Source: a virus (taxonomy: Duplodnaviria > Heunggongvirae > Uroviricota > Caudoviricetes). From it: a stretch of DNA of 64,000 nt. The notes under the pieces were generated by a model. That model was not told the origin of the DNA. It did not search any database and was given only the letters and a program-made list of their open reading frames with translations. Made by a program: the position numbers and the translations under genes. Positions 53,937 through 62,316 of the stretch are shown one piece after another. The stretch lies in the IMG/VR virus record IMGVR_UViG_3300037423_000296, positions 11,541 to 75,540 of that record, one strand, 5' to 3'. Position 1 is the stretch's first letter; each line of letters starts with the position of its first letter.

Positions 53937-54437
53937 TCACTCCTTAGCTAGTACCTGAAGAAGATGGTCTCCGTAACGTTCACTATCTAGACTCAGTTTA
54001 GTCTTTCTACCTAGTGTCTTTAGTTCGATAGAGACATCCTCTAGAAAGTCTTGCTTGTAGTCTACCAGAGCTACCTCTGTCGGTACAATTCTGGCGGCTT
54101 TCCGAAAGAGAGCCCGCGATGGTTCGTCATGCGGATGAGTGATGATGTTTCCCAGCTTAGCCGCTCTTTTGACCATAGCCATACCAATGCCCTTACCTCG
54201 GGCTTCCCGGCGAGTCCAGAAGCCAACTTCTCCGTCACTTCTCCTTAGACCCCAGCCAAGAAAAATGCCATCCTCTTCAACGAGAATGGCCTTAGTGTCT
54301 GCCCAATCGTCCCAGTGTCTAGCTTGATAGAGCCATTCACTGAGGTCTCCATATGACCGAAAACTGCTATTGTAGCAGTATCTTAGCTCCTGAGTGTCAA
54401 GTGACCTTGCAAGCTTAGTCAGAATCTTACGCGCCAA
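53937..54437 (-). CDS. GNAT-family N-acetyltransferase
   Basis: ARGKGIGMAMV acetyl-CoA binding motif. Confidence 0.7.
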   Translation of the reverse strand: MARKILTKLARSLDTQELRYCYNSSFRSYGDLSEWLYQARHWDDWADTKAILVEEDGIFLGWGLRRSDGEVGFWTRREARGKGIGMAMVKRAAKLGNIITHPHDEPSRALFRKAARIVPTEVALVDYKQDFLEDVSIELKTLGRKTKLSLDSERYGDHLLQVLAKE

Positions 54438-54697
54438 CTACCTCTCCTATAAGGAACTGTGTATCGGCCAAGAGTTGCCTCACGACCTGTAGGGCTGAGT
54501 CACAGTTGCGGATTACATCCTCTGTGGACCCGCCGTAAAAGAGCGGCGAAGTGTACTCAATGTTACCGTTCTTCGAAATTGCGAAGTATCGAGCATATCC
54601 CACATTCATTTCAAATGGGTTTGCTTCAACGGTGATTAATCGCACCTTCGTGTCGAGAGAGAAGAAGTCTTCCTTCTTGACAATCGTATCTGACATG
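54427..54697 (-). CDS. hypothetical protein (start at MSDTIVKK)
   Basis: ORF track trimmed to avoid tRNA-like element. Confidence 0.45.
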
Positions 54698-54712
54698 CTC
54701 TTCCTCTCTAAT

Positions 54713-54790
54713 TGTGGAGTCGCGGGGAATTGAACCCCGGTCCTTTGCATTCAATCGTACATCCGAATTACAGCCATCCCTATTCTTTAG
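54713..54790 (-). ncRNA. tRNA-like fragment (perfect T-arm CGGGG-UUCAAUU-CCCCG; no acceptor partner found)
   Basis: manual reading. Confidence 0.3.
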
Positions 54791-55108
54791 ACCTTTACGA
54801 TTGAAGGTGGTCCCAGGATAAGTCCGTCTACCTCTGGCCTTTTAAACTGATGCCGAGCAGTAGGGGGGGTGAACAGTTTGTAGGCGAAGCCACTGTTCGA
54901 TTTCCACCACTGACCTTTCTGTTCCTAGGCAGTCAGCGCCCGATGCTCAATCCTCAGACTGAAGCAAGGTCGTACTCAGCGCAAAGCGCCTCGTACTCTG
55001 CATCAATGTTGTCAGTTGCAGTTATTGTTTGTCAAGTGTTTAACGACTCTCTCAACGAAGTCGGGCTGCGTTCATACTCTCTAGTTCAAAGTCGATACCT
55101 TTCGACCC

Positions 55109-55423
55109 CTAAGGCAAATATACTTTTGCCAAGTTATTGTCTACAAGTAGTTTATTGAGACTTTCAGTACCGGCGAAAACCTCTGCCAGCCAGCGACCGT
55201 ACTTCTCTTTCTTGTAGGTATTGATTGTAACTGTTGGATTCTTTGCAAAGAAGGACTTTACGAAGGCTGTTGCCTCTGCCCATCCTACCTGACCACGCTC
55301 TGGCGTGTCAATTCCATACAATCTGAAAACCGTATCAACTCTAATATCAAATCCCAGGTCTACTGTTAGTTCTACAGTATCACCATCTACCGCTCTAACA
55401 AAGTCTGCCTTGTATTGGTACAT
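55109..55423 (-). CDS. thermonuclease (staphylococcal nuclease-like, SNase domain)
   Basis: VRAVDGDTVEL..RLYGIDTPE..KYGRWLA motifs. Confidence 0.8.
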   Translation of the reverse strand: MYQYKADFVRAVDGDTVELTVDLGFDIRVDTVFRLYGIDTPERGQVGWAEATAFVKSFFAKNPTVTINTYKKEKYGRWLAEVFAGTESLNKLLVDNNLAKVYLP

Positions 55424-55445
55424 GTTTCAATTATATCAGATTGCG

Positions 55446-55517
55446 TGTCCCTGCCCGGACTCGAACCGGGAATAGCTCCTTAGGAGGGAGCGGGTTTATC
55501 CATTAGCCTACAGAGAC
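55446..55517 (-). tRNA. tRNA-Arg (CCU)
   Basis: manual cloverleaf; loop CUCCUAA. Confidence 0.75.
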
Positions 55518-55588
55518 ATTCGCCAAGCCGTTGCAACCAGCAGGAATCGAACCCCGACTTGACTGAGCGTATTTCGAACTACGCTTTG
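55518..55588 (-). pseudogene. degenerate tRNA-like spacer with two T-arm-like hairpins (GCGUA-GUUCGAAA-UACGC; GGGGUUCGAUUCC)
   Basis: manual reading. Confidence 0.25.
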
Positions 55589-55659
55589 CTCTCCCACCTG
55601 GACTCGAACCAAGAAGACTTCGTTAACAGCGAAGCATGTTGCCATTACATCATAGGAGA
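55589..55659 (-). tRNA. tRNA-Asn (GUU), second copy with different backbone
   Basis: manual cloverleaf; loop CUGUUAA. Confidence 0.7.
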
Positions 55660-55698
55660 AAGAAAGGATTCTCATGAAAGGGGTAACTGAGAATCCTA

Positions 55699-55771
55699 GA
55701 GGTGCGTACCGGATTCGAACCGGTGTTTACAGCTTTGCAGGCTGCCGCCTAACCAGACTCGGCCAACACAC
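55699..55771 (-). tRNA. tRNA-Cys (GCA)
   Basis: manual cloverleaf; loop CUGCAAA. Confidence 0.8.
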
Positions 55772-55849
55772 CATAATGCAATCTTCTACTTTACCCATTA
55801 AGGGAGGCACTGCGCACCATTTGCTAAAGTAAAGTGACTGCAACTTGCG

Positions 55850-55921
55850 TGCCCCCAGAGAGATTCGAACTCCCGACTTACTGGTTCGAAGCCAGTTACT
55901 CTTCCGCTGAGTTATGAAGGC
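55850..55921 (-). tRNA. tRNA-Arg (UCG)
   Basis: manual cloverleaf; loop CUUCGAA. Confidence 0.75.
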
Positions 55922-56035
55922 ATTGGTGGGCGCGTGCTCAAGAAATCATCCTCAGCATCTTCCGTATAGCCGTTTCTCGGGATATTGTACAATTACCTCC
56001 GACGTACTACACGACATGTCTTTCGACGCGCCCAG

Positions 56036-56107
56036 TGGACCATACAGGATTTGAACCTGCGACTTCTTCCATGCCATGGAAGCACTCTACCGCTGAGTTA
56101 ATGGCCC
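56036..56107 (-). tRNA. tRNA-Ala (GGC) with G3-U70
   Basis: manual cloverleaf; loop AUGGCAU; G3:U70 identity pair. Confidence 0.8.
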
Positions 56108-56137
56108 ATTGCCATTTGAGGCATGGCTGCCGCGTTA

Positions 56138-56407
56138 CTATGCTTGAGTTGGAGTGAATGTTCCGAACTGTGGACCTGATACGCTTGCATATGCATATTG
56201 GAATTGCCAGCCATCGGCACCCAATAGTTCTGTCAGAGAATCAATGATTGCCTGATAACCCTCTTCCTGAGTTCCTGGCAACGTTCCAAAGCTAGGCTTA
56301 ATTTCAAGCCAATCCGCTGCCCATTCTTGAGGGTCTTGTGGGTCGTAATACCTAACAAATCTAACTGTAAGTTCCTGACCCATTGTGACAGTCTCAGTAA
56401 ATGGCAC
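56138..56407 (-). CDS. hypothetical protein
   Basis: ORF track. Confidence 0.45.
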   Translation of the reverse strand: MPFTETVTMGQELTVRFVRYYDPQDPQEWAADWLEIKPSFGTLPGTQEEGYQAIIDSLTELLGADGWQFQYAYASVSGPQFGTFTPTQA

Positions 56408-56424
56408 TTTTTCACCTCCCCTTA

Positions 56425-56805
56425 CTACGTGCGCGCTGATGGAGTCGAACCACCCGAGCCCGAAGACAACTGTTTTACAGACAGTCCCGCTACCTCTACG
56501 GAATAAGCACGCATTGCAAGTTGGTTTCTAATCAACTTGCTCTTGTAGTAGCTTACTCGACGCCTTCTCAGTCTGTCAAGCTTATCCGGCAGAGTTTCTG
56601 TAGTTTCATCTTGAACTACTTCTGTTCTTGCCGCTTGCCAGCTTGAGAATGACCCCAAGAACAAGGCTACCATGGATACTACACTTACGAAAACCACACT
56701 CTCAAGCCAGCCAATGTAGTAACTCAAGATAGTGAATGGCAACCAGAATAGTGTACACCATCCGTGGAATGCTCTCAAAACCCGTGGATTTTCGTAAAAT
56801 TTCAT
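56425..56805 (-). CDS. membrane protein (2 TM); 3' part of ORF overlaps tRNA-Tyr so true end uncertain
   Basis: ORF track; overlap with 56430..56512 tRNA. Confidence 0.35.
   Translation of the reverse strand: MKFYENPRVLRAFHGWCTLFWLPFTILSYYIGWLESVVFVSVVSMVALFLGSFSSWQAARTEVVQDETTETLPDKLDRLRRRRVSYYKSKLIRNQLAMRAYSVEVAGLSVKQLSSGSGGSTPSART
56430..56512 (-). tRNA. tRNA-Tyr (GUA), long variable arm
   Basis: manual cloverleaf; loop CUGUAAA. Confidence 0.8.
56560..56590 (-). promoter_or_regulatory. promoter TTGACA-N18-TAAGCT upstream of tRNA-Tyr
   Basis: consensus match. Confidence 0.45.
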
Positions 56806-56838
56806 GATACATCTAGCTTACCATAGTAAGCACGTGGG

Positions 56839-56906
56839 GGCAGGGCCGGATTCGAACCGGAATACGAGATTATGAGCCTCGTGTGATGCCGTTTCACTAC
56901 CCTGCA
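56839..56906 (-). tRNA. tRNA with anticodon CAU (Met or Ile2), short/non-canonical T-stem
   Basis: manual cloverleaf; loop CUCAUAA; acceptor GCAGGGU/GCCCUGC. Confidence 0.55.
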
Positions 56907-56908
56907 AG

Positions 56909-56981
56909 TAGCTGAGGTCAGAATCGAACTGACTATATAGTTCCTTATGAGAGAACTCGGATACCTTATCTCGTCCCAGCC
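56909..56981 (-). tRNA. second tRNA with anticodon CAU (Met or Ile2), atypical D-arm
   Basis: manual cloverleaf; loop CUCAUAA; acceptor GGCUGGG/CUCAGCU. Confidence 0.5.
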
Positions 56982-57056
56982 ATACTTCATTTATTCTATC
57001 ATACTTTCTTGATGCGAGTCAAGAAGGGCGGGCTTCCCCAGATAGCCCGCGCCATC

Positions 57057-58277
57057 TCACTTGTCTAGAACATTGAACTTCGTGAAGTCCCAGCGCTTGA
57101 ATACTCCCTTGGTATCAACAGGCTCAACACCATAAGAAATCTGACCAACGTGAGGGTCTGATGCGGCAGTGCGCATAATACCTCTGTTTGCCATATCCTT
57201 GGCGAATGCCTTGACATCAATTGTGCCACTGGTAATTGCTTGTGGAGCACCATCTGCCGGTACGTATGCAACGTAGTCAGGAGCACCATAATATACATCC
57301 CACTGGCGTCCATCAACTGTCACATTCTTGGCCTTGAGGTCACCATATGGTGACTGCCCCTGATTGTGAGTCCAAATCATCAACTCGGTCTGGTAATTTC
57401 CATCACCAATACCATTGAGCCAAATGTCGAATGCCTCTTCGTAAACACATCCGGCGCAATCAGTTGGGCTTTGGTGAGCAAACTCTACCTTTAGCTGTGG
57501 GAATGAGGATAGCTTAGGGTCAAGCGTGTAATCCTCTGGACCTCCCCAGTCGTGGTAAATCTTCCTAATGGAAGGGTAAGCCTGAACTGCTCCATCGCCA
57601 TGGTCGGTAGCCTTGATTTCGACGTACCAATCGTCCTTGGAGTAGGCACAGAGATTGGAGCTATAGTCATTCTTTACTGCCCACTGTTCGGCAGAAATGT
57701 CATACCCGTCTCCAATTGCGTCTGAGCCTTCTCCAGTGAAGTGGGCAATTGTGTTTGTTGGGCTGCATGACTTGTCAGCAGGAATCGTTGGACTTGCGGT
57801 TGGTGTTACCGTTGTCGTAGGAGTTGGCGTATTTGTCTCCGTTGGTGACGGAGTTGAGCTAGTCACTGTCGGTGACGGACTTGGCTCGATTGGCGCTCCC
57901 ACATAAGTGTAAACAACGTAATACTTGATGACAATTCCAGACTTGAACTTGGTGCCATCATGCCACAAGAACTTCACTGTATAGCTTGTGTCTGTGGTCT
58001 TGGATGGGTCAACCGTTGCATTCTGCCCCGGTCCTCCAGGGGTTACAACGATTGATGTTGGCTTGACTCCCAAGCCATGATTCACCGTACATGCGCTAGA
58101 AACATTGACTGTACACTGTTCGCTACGGCCAAGTGTCTGCTGAGTCGGTGGTGTTGTTGAATCATTAGCCTTTGCATTGAATGCGCTCATTAGCGCAATA
58201 ATGAAAGCTAGAGCCAGGGCGGCTACGAAAACTACTCGTACATTTGGCTTGCTAATGGCGGGCTTAGCGTGCTTCAT
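57057..58277 (-). CDS. secreted glycoside hydrolase, GH12-like catalytic domain, with N-terminal domain and Pro/Thr-rich linker
   Basis: signal peptide; PT linker; ELMIWTHNQG motif characteristic of GH12; AAGGAGA RBS before MKHAKP. Confidence 0.65.
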   Translation of the reverse strand: MKHAKPAISKPNVRVVFVAALALAFIIALMSAFNAKANDSTTPPTQQTLGRSEQCTVNVSSACTVNHGLGVKPTSIVVTPGGPGQNATVDPSKTTDTSYTVKFLWHDGTKFKSGIVIKYYVVYTYVGAPIEPSPSPTVTSSTPSPTETNTPTPTTTVTPTASPTIPADKSCSPTNTIAHFTGEGSDAIGDGYDISAEQWAVKNDYSSNLCAYSKDDWYVEIKATDHGDGAVQAYPSIRKIYHDWGGPEDYTLDPKLSSFPQLKVEFAHQSPTDCAGCVYEEAFDIWLNGIGDGNYQTELMIWTHNQGQSPYGDLKAKNVTVDGRQWDVYYGAPDYVAYVPADGAPQAITSGTIDVKAFAKDMANRGIMRTAASDPHVGQISYGVEPVDTKGVFKRWDFTKFNVLDK

Positions 58278-58352
58278 GTATTTCTCCTTATTTGTGATTG
58301 ACCTCACGGGTCTCTCACAAGCATAACATTAAGGTTACGATGAAGCAAGATG

Positions 58353-58425
58353 TACCCCTGACAGGATTCGAACCTGCATACGCGCTGGGTAGAAACCAGC
58401 CGTTCATCCTTTGAACTACAGAGGC
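58353..58425 (-). tRNA. tRNA-Arg (UCU)
   Basis: manual cloverleaf; loop UUUCUAC. Confidence 0.7.
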
Positions 58426-58678
58426 AAGACTGCCGGGTATTGTATCCCCATTTTCCCGGCAGCTTTCTATCGGGCAATTTTCCGGGTTCCCGATGGTTGT
58501 TACTGCTTCAGAGCTTTGTACAACTTTTCGAACATCGATTTAGCTCCCCGCTCACACGATGGTGAGCAGTAAACCAGCCCTCTCATGACCCACCGATGGG
58601 TGGTAATCTTTGTTCTGCACTTGCTACAATTCACATTATTGATTTATACCGTCTCTCGACGTGTGAGGTGTTACGGTA

Positions 58679-59113
58679 TCAGTAGTGATACCACCAAGAG
58701 GTGTCATTGCTGTGGTCAGCCTTCATCCTCTTCTTACCGGACTTTTTCAAGCATCCGGCGCAAATCTGAATTTCACGAGCCTCAAGCCAAGCTGCGTGCT
58801 CTTCTTGAGAATCGAACGGCATGTATCCGTGGAACATGCCGTCGTAGTTGGGGTTGTTGCGGTAGCACCACTTGTCTCGTACCTGGTCAAGGTAGATTCC
58901 GTTGTGAGTCGGCATGTAACGTGCGCCAATCCAGACGTAAACGTGGTTCTTACCGTCGTTTCCAGGGCAACCCGGCTTTTTCTTGGGTGCCTTCTTGGAC
59001 TTGTTCTTCTTGTGAGGTGTTTCCTCGTAACCGGCGCTCTTGTCGTGCCGGTTGTCTCGGGTGATGAGACTTGTTGCGTTCCAGTTGTCAGAACGTTCTT
59101 TCAATGTTGCCAT
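58679..59113 (-). CDS. hypothetical basic protein with Cys/His and aromatic-rich C-terminus
   Basis: ORF track. Confidence 0.5.
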   Translation of the reverse strand: MATLKERSDNWNATSLITRDNRHDKSAGYEETPHKKNKSKKAPKKKPGCPGNDGKNHVYVWIGARYMPTHNGIYLDQVRDKWCYRNNPNYDGMFHGYMPFDSQEEHAAWLEAREIQICAGCLKKSGKKRMKADHSNDTSWWYHY

Positions 59114-59192
59114 GTTAAGTATCCCTCCTTAGGTTACCTATACATGGCCGTCAACCTTTCGCATTACAAACCTCCTTTGAATAGAAGTTACG

Positions 59193-59266
59193 TAGGCCCC
59201 GTGGGATTCGAACCCACACTCTGACAGGGTAAAAGCCTGCGGTTTTGCCAATTAAACTAGAGACCC
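59193..59266 (-). tRNA. tRNA-Lys (UUU)
   Basis: manual cloverleaf; loop CUUUUAC. Confidence 0.8.
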
Positions 59267-59450
59267 AAAAACCTCAAGACCGCTAATCTTGAGGCTGTAA
59301 GCAATCACAGTACCTAGGATTGATTGCCCTTTGTGAGTTTTGGCTTCTCACTGCGCCACGGTTTTCTCTAACATTCAGAACCGCTCTGAACGGCTGCGCT
59401 CTGGTGTACAGCCACCATCTGTATTTTGCATCGCGTAATGCTCAACATTG

Positions 59451-59526
59451 TACTCCGGACGGGAATCGAACCCGCACCCTCTGGGGTGAAAACCCAGCGA
59501 ACCTGACCAATAGATTCTACCGGAGC
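59451..59526 (-). tRNA. tRNA-Glu (UUC)
   Basis: manual cloverleaf; loop UUUUCAC. Confidence 0.75.
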
Positions 59527-59636
59527 ATAAGCGGTAGTCCGCTAGCCAGTCGGTCTTTATACACAATAGCCCTATCCGACGACCTTGCTATTGCGTGGCC
59601 CGTTTATCTCGTGCCAAAACGGTTTCCATAAAAGCG

Positions 59637-59709
59637 TACCCCCAGACGGACTCGAACCGCCGACCCGATGATTAAGAGTCATCTGCTCTACCAACTGAGC
59701 TATAGAGGC
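59637..59709 (-). tRNA. tRNA-Lys (CUU)
   Basis: manual cloverleaf; loop CUCUUAA. Confidence 0.8.
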
Positions 59710-59725
59710 ATATTCAATTATTGCG

Positions 59726-59798
59726 TGGGTCGCCGGGGAATTGAACCCCGTCCCGAAGGGTAAGAGCCTTCTGTTGCTAACCGTTACACCCGCGACCC
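59726..59798 (-). tRNA. tRNA-Lys (CUU), second copy, different backbone
   Basis: manual cloverleaf; loop CUCUUAC. Confidence 0.65.
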
Positions 59799-60047
59799 AG
59801 AACCGGGCTGACTTCTTAACCCGGCCATCTTACTTTACAACTGTGGAAGAAGCAATAGGCAAAATACCAGACCCAATGCGAATCCAATTACTACTGCTAG
59901 CCAAAGGGGCATCATTTACCCCCTCACAGGATTAGTGATAGTAGCCATACGATTAGCAATACTACCACAACCACCATAAGAATGTAACCAATACTCATAT
60001 TACACACCTCCACTATCATGTTACCCAAGTTAGTGGAGGTTGAAACG

Positions 60048-60118
60048 TGGACCGTGTGGGAATCGAACCCCTCTTCTTCCTTGCAAGGGAAGTTTGCAAC
60101 CATTACAACTCACAGCCC
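60048..60118 (-). tRNA. tRNA-Ala (UGC) with G3-U70, imperfect T-stem
   Basis: manual cloverleaf; loop CUUGCAA. Confidence 0.55.
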
Positions 60119-60183
60119 AAAACCCGAACCACGAGGGAGCGGGTGGTTAATAACTCAAGTTTACCAGAACCCGCGCATTCTTG

Positions 60184-60390
60184 TCAACTAACAATGTGGA
60201 CGACGAACCATGCGAAGAAGATTCCAGATACAACCAACCATACCGTGCGTCCAAGGTGAGTGTCAACCCTGAACCACTTACGAAGATGCTCTGAGAGCGT
60301 GTCTTCGTCTACGTCATTGGAGATTGCTACAGCCTCAATAATAGCGAAGCTGACAATCCATAATACCCACAAGACATTCCAGATGTTCAT
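60184..60390 (-). CDS. small membrane protein
   Basis: ORF track; two hydrophobic segments. Confidence 0.45.
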   Translation of the reverse strand: MNIWNVLWVLWIVSFAIIEAVAISNDVDEDTLSEHLRKWFRVDTHLGRTVWLVVSGIFFAWFVVHIVS

Positions 60391-60629
60391 TCTTCTCCCA
60401 GGGATAGCTTATGTTCTACACTGATTAGGTCTAGACACTTCTGGCATACTGGGATAACGATTGGACCAAATTCTGTTGATGCAGTAATTTCACCAACCGC
60501 TGGATTTCCGTCAGTGAACAGTACCTCTGGGTTTTCAGAGTCAGTCCAAGTAATCCCGCACATCTGCTGAATCTGGATGTTATTACCCATTGCTTCGATG
60601 CTACTTTTGATTTGGCTTAGGTCGTTCAC
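60387..60629 (-). CDS. hypothetical protein
   Basis: ORF track. Confidence 0.45.
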   Translation of the reverse strand: MNDLSQIKSSIEAMGNNIQIQQMCGITWTDSENPEVLFTDGNPAVGEITASTEFGPIVIPVCQKCLDLISVEHKLSLGEE

Positions 60630-60780
60630 TGTCTACCTTGAAACTGTTGATGTCTACTCCGCACGTAGAGCCCTCGCCAAATGCGTCATGGACAGCATCA
60701 ATGGCATCGGCAAGGTCGAATGCTTCGACCTCAACCTCTAGGCTTACGTGCAACACATATCTTTCCATGCCTCTATTGTA

Positions 60781-60975
60781 CTACGAATTCTTTCCTCGTA
60801 GCCACCAGTCGGCCAAATCTACAGAGCAGTTTCCGCAGATTTCTCCTCTATCATCCACTGCCAGAACCGGCCCATTCTCATTGAACTGAGACTCAAGCCT
60901 TAGACTGACAATGCCAAGCGCCTTAAACTGAGAGACTACCTTGTTACAGTTCGGCCTTGCGCAAATTGTTGCCAT
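60781..60975 (-). CDS. zinc-ribbon protein (start at MATICARPNC)
   Basis: CARPNC..CGNC. Confidence 0.4.
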   Translation of the reverse strand: MATICARPNCNKVVSQFKALGIVSLRLESQFNENGPVLAVDDRGEICGNCSVDLADWWLRGKNS

Positions 60976-61516
60976 CAAGCACCTCCTTAAGATAGTTGTA
61001 TCTAACAATGTTAAACTTAGCATCTTCAAGAGCGTTGTGCAAGCCTTCCGGCTGCTTAGGCATGTCACAGTACTTAGCTAGTTTGTGTAGCTGCTTGATA
61101 TCGTAGGTCACCATCGGTACCTCGGGTGGAAGGTCAACCATCTTGCCAAAGAGTTGGGCTAGGCATACATGGTCATAGGCACTGTACCATGCCCATAGTT
61201 CTGCTGGCTGTCCTTGGCCGACAAATTCCAAGACCCCGCGCTTAATCTCCTCGCGGCTCATGGCTGCCGGGTCTGTGATGTCGAAGTCTCGATAGACAGG
61301 AAATCCTTCGGCATCGACAACAGCGTACGACTCATGGTCAATAGAAGACATAACATTCTCCATGAGCCACCAATGAGTTGCTACCCTGGAAGTGTCGAAT
61401 TCATTAGACACAGCGTAGAAAGTCTCATCTGTCTCGTAGTTCACGATTCCGATACTGATAAGGTCGATAATCTTTCCATCTTCATGGAATTCACAGTCAT
61501 AGAAAAACTTACTCAT
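60944..61516 (-). CDS. DEDDh-family 3'-5' exonuclease (DnaQ/RNase T-like)
   Basis: Exo I YDCEFHEDG, Exo II AWYSAYD, Exo III HNALEDAKFN motifs. Confidence 0.8.
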   Translation of the reverse strand: MSKFFYDCEFHEDGKIIDLISIGIVNYETDETFYAVSNEFDTSRVATHWWLMENVMSSIDHESYAVVDAEGFPVYRDFDITDPAAMSREEIKRGVLEFVGQGQPAELWAWYSAYDHVCLAQLFGKMVDLPPEVPMVTYDIKQLHKLAKYCDMPKQPEGLHNALEDAKFNIVRYNYLKEVLDGNNLRKAEL

Positions 61517-61691
61517 TACTCACAATCCAAAATAGTATTCAATTCGATGCCCTCCAGAACAAAAGTATAGCGTCTCCTGAGGAACTTCACCGGCTGCCGC
61601 GACGACTCCATTTGTAATGAATGCCAGCTTGAAAGTCCTGATACCAACCAGTCTGTCATCACAAGTAGCTCCGCACCACGCACACTCTTTC

Positions 61692-61958
61692 TCAGACATT
61701 GAAAGTCAGTGTTTCCTTTAGTGTAGTTGTGTCGATATCCCAATCAACAACCCCGGCTGTCACTGCGTTGAGAATCGCTAGGTCAGCTTGGTTGCGATGA
61801 GCCCAGTAGATTTCTGGGCAAAGTTCTAGTGCCTGCTTGATATTCAGCACGTACAGTGGCTCTCCGTTATCATCTGGTCCCACATAGTCATACACACCCA
61901 TAGTAACCAGTGCATCGAAATCTGTAACTGCGTCCATATTGTGAGACCTCCATATCAT
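61692..61958 (-). CDS. hypothetical protein
   Basis: ORF track. Confidence 0.5.
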   Translation of the reverse strand: MIWRSHNMDAVTDFDALVTMGVYDYVGPDDNGEPLYVLNIKQALELCPEIYWAHRNQADLAILNAVTAGVVDWDIDTTTLKETLTFNV

Positions 61959-61992
61959 AGAGAAAGGCCACTACCGAAGTAGTGGCCTCTTG

Positions 61993-62065
61993 CGCGCTAG
62001 AGAGGATTCGAACCTCCGACCGCTTGATTCGTAGTCAAGTACTCTATCCGCTGAGCTACTAGCGC
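61993..62065 (-). tRNA. tRNA-Arg (ACG)
   Basis: manual cloverleaf; loop CUACGAA. Confidence 0.85.
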
Positions 62066-62093
62066 ATGCTTTATACTAGCCCTTATGGGGCAG

Positions 62094-62166
62094 TGGGAAC
62101 TTAGGGAATCGAACCCTACTCTCTCGGGCTTCAACCGAGCGCATCTACCACTTCTACTTAGTCCCC
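62094..62166 (-). tRNA. tRNA-Phe (GAA)
   Basis: manual cloverleaf; loop UUGAAGC; D-arm imperfect. Confidence 0.7.
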
Positions 62167-62206
62167 TTGTAACAAGTAGTACCAGTGTAGCATCTGATTC
62201 AAACGC

Positions 62207-62235
62207 TTGTCAAGTAACGACTTCAGAACTAGTGC
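62207..62235 (+). promoter_or_regulatory. promoter TTGTCA-N17-TAGTGC upstream of lsr2
   Basis: same consensus as minus-strand promoters. Confidence 0.5.
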
Positions 62236-62316
62236 TTGACTTGCTGCGTGTTGCCCTGTACAACTGGTTGTGTACCAAGTAGTGCAACACCAACCGCAAC
62301 AGTTAGGAGAAACATC

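Noticed and set aside
61516-61743. ORF-track 75-aa ORF with TTG start
   Set aside because: It has a non-ATG start and no RBS. An alternative-frame ATG ORF (61519..61699) encoding a CAWCGATC zinc-ribbon peptide is equally plausible. Neither is confidently supported, so neither is listed as a feature.
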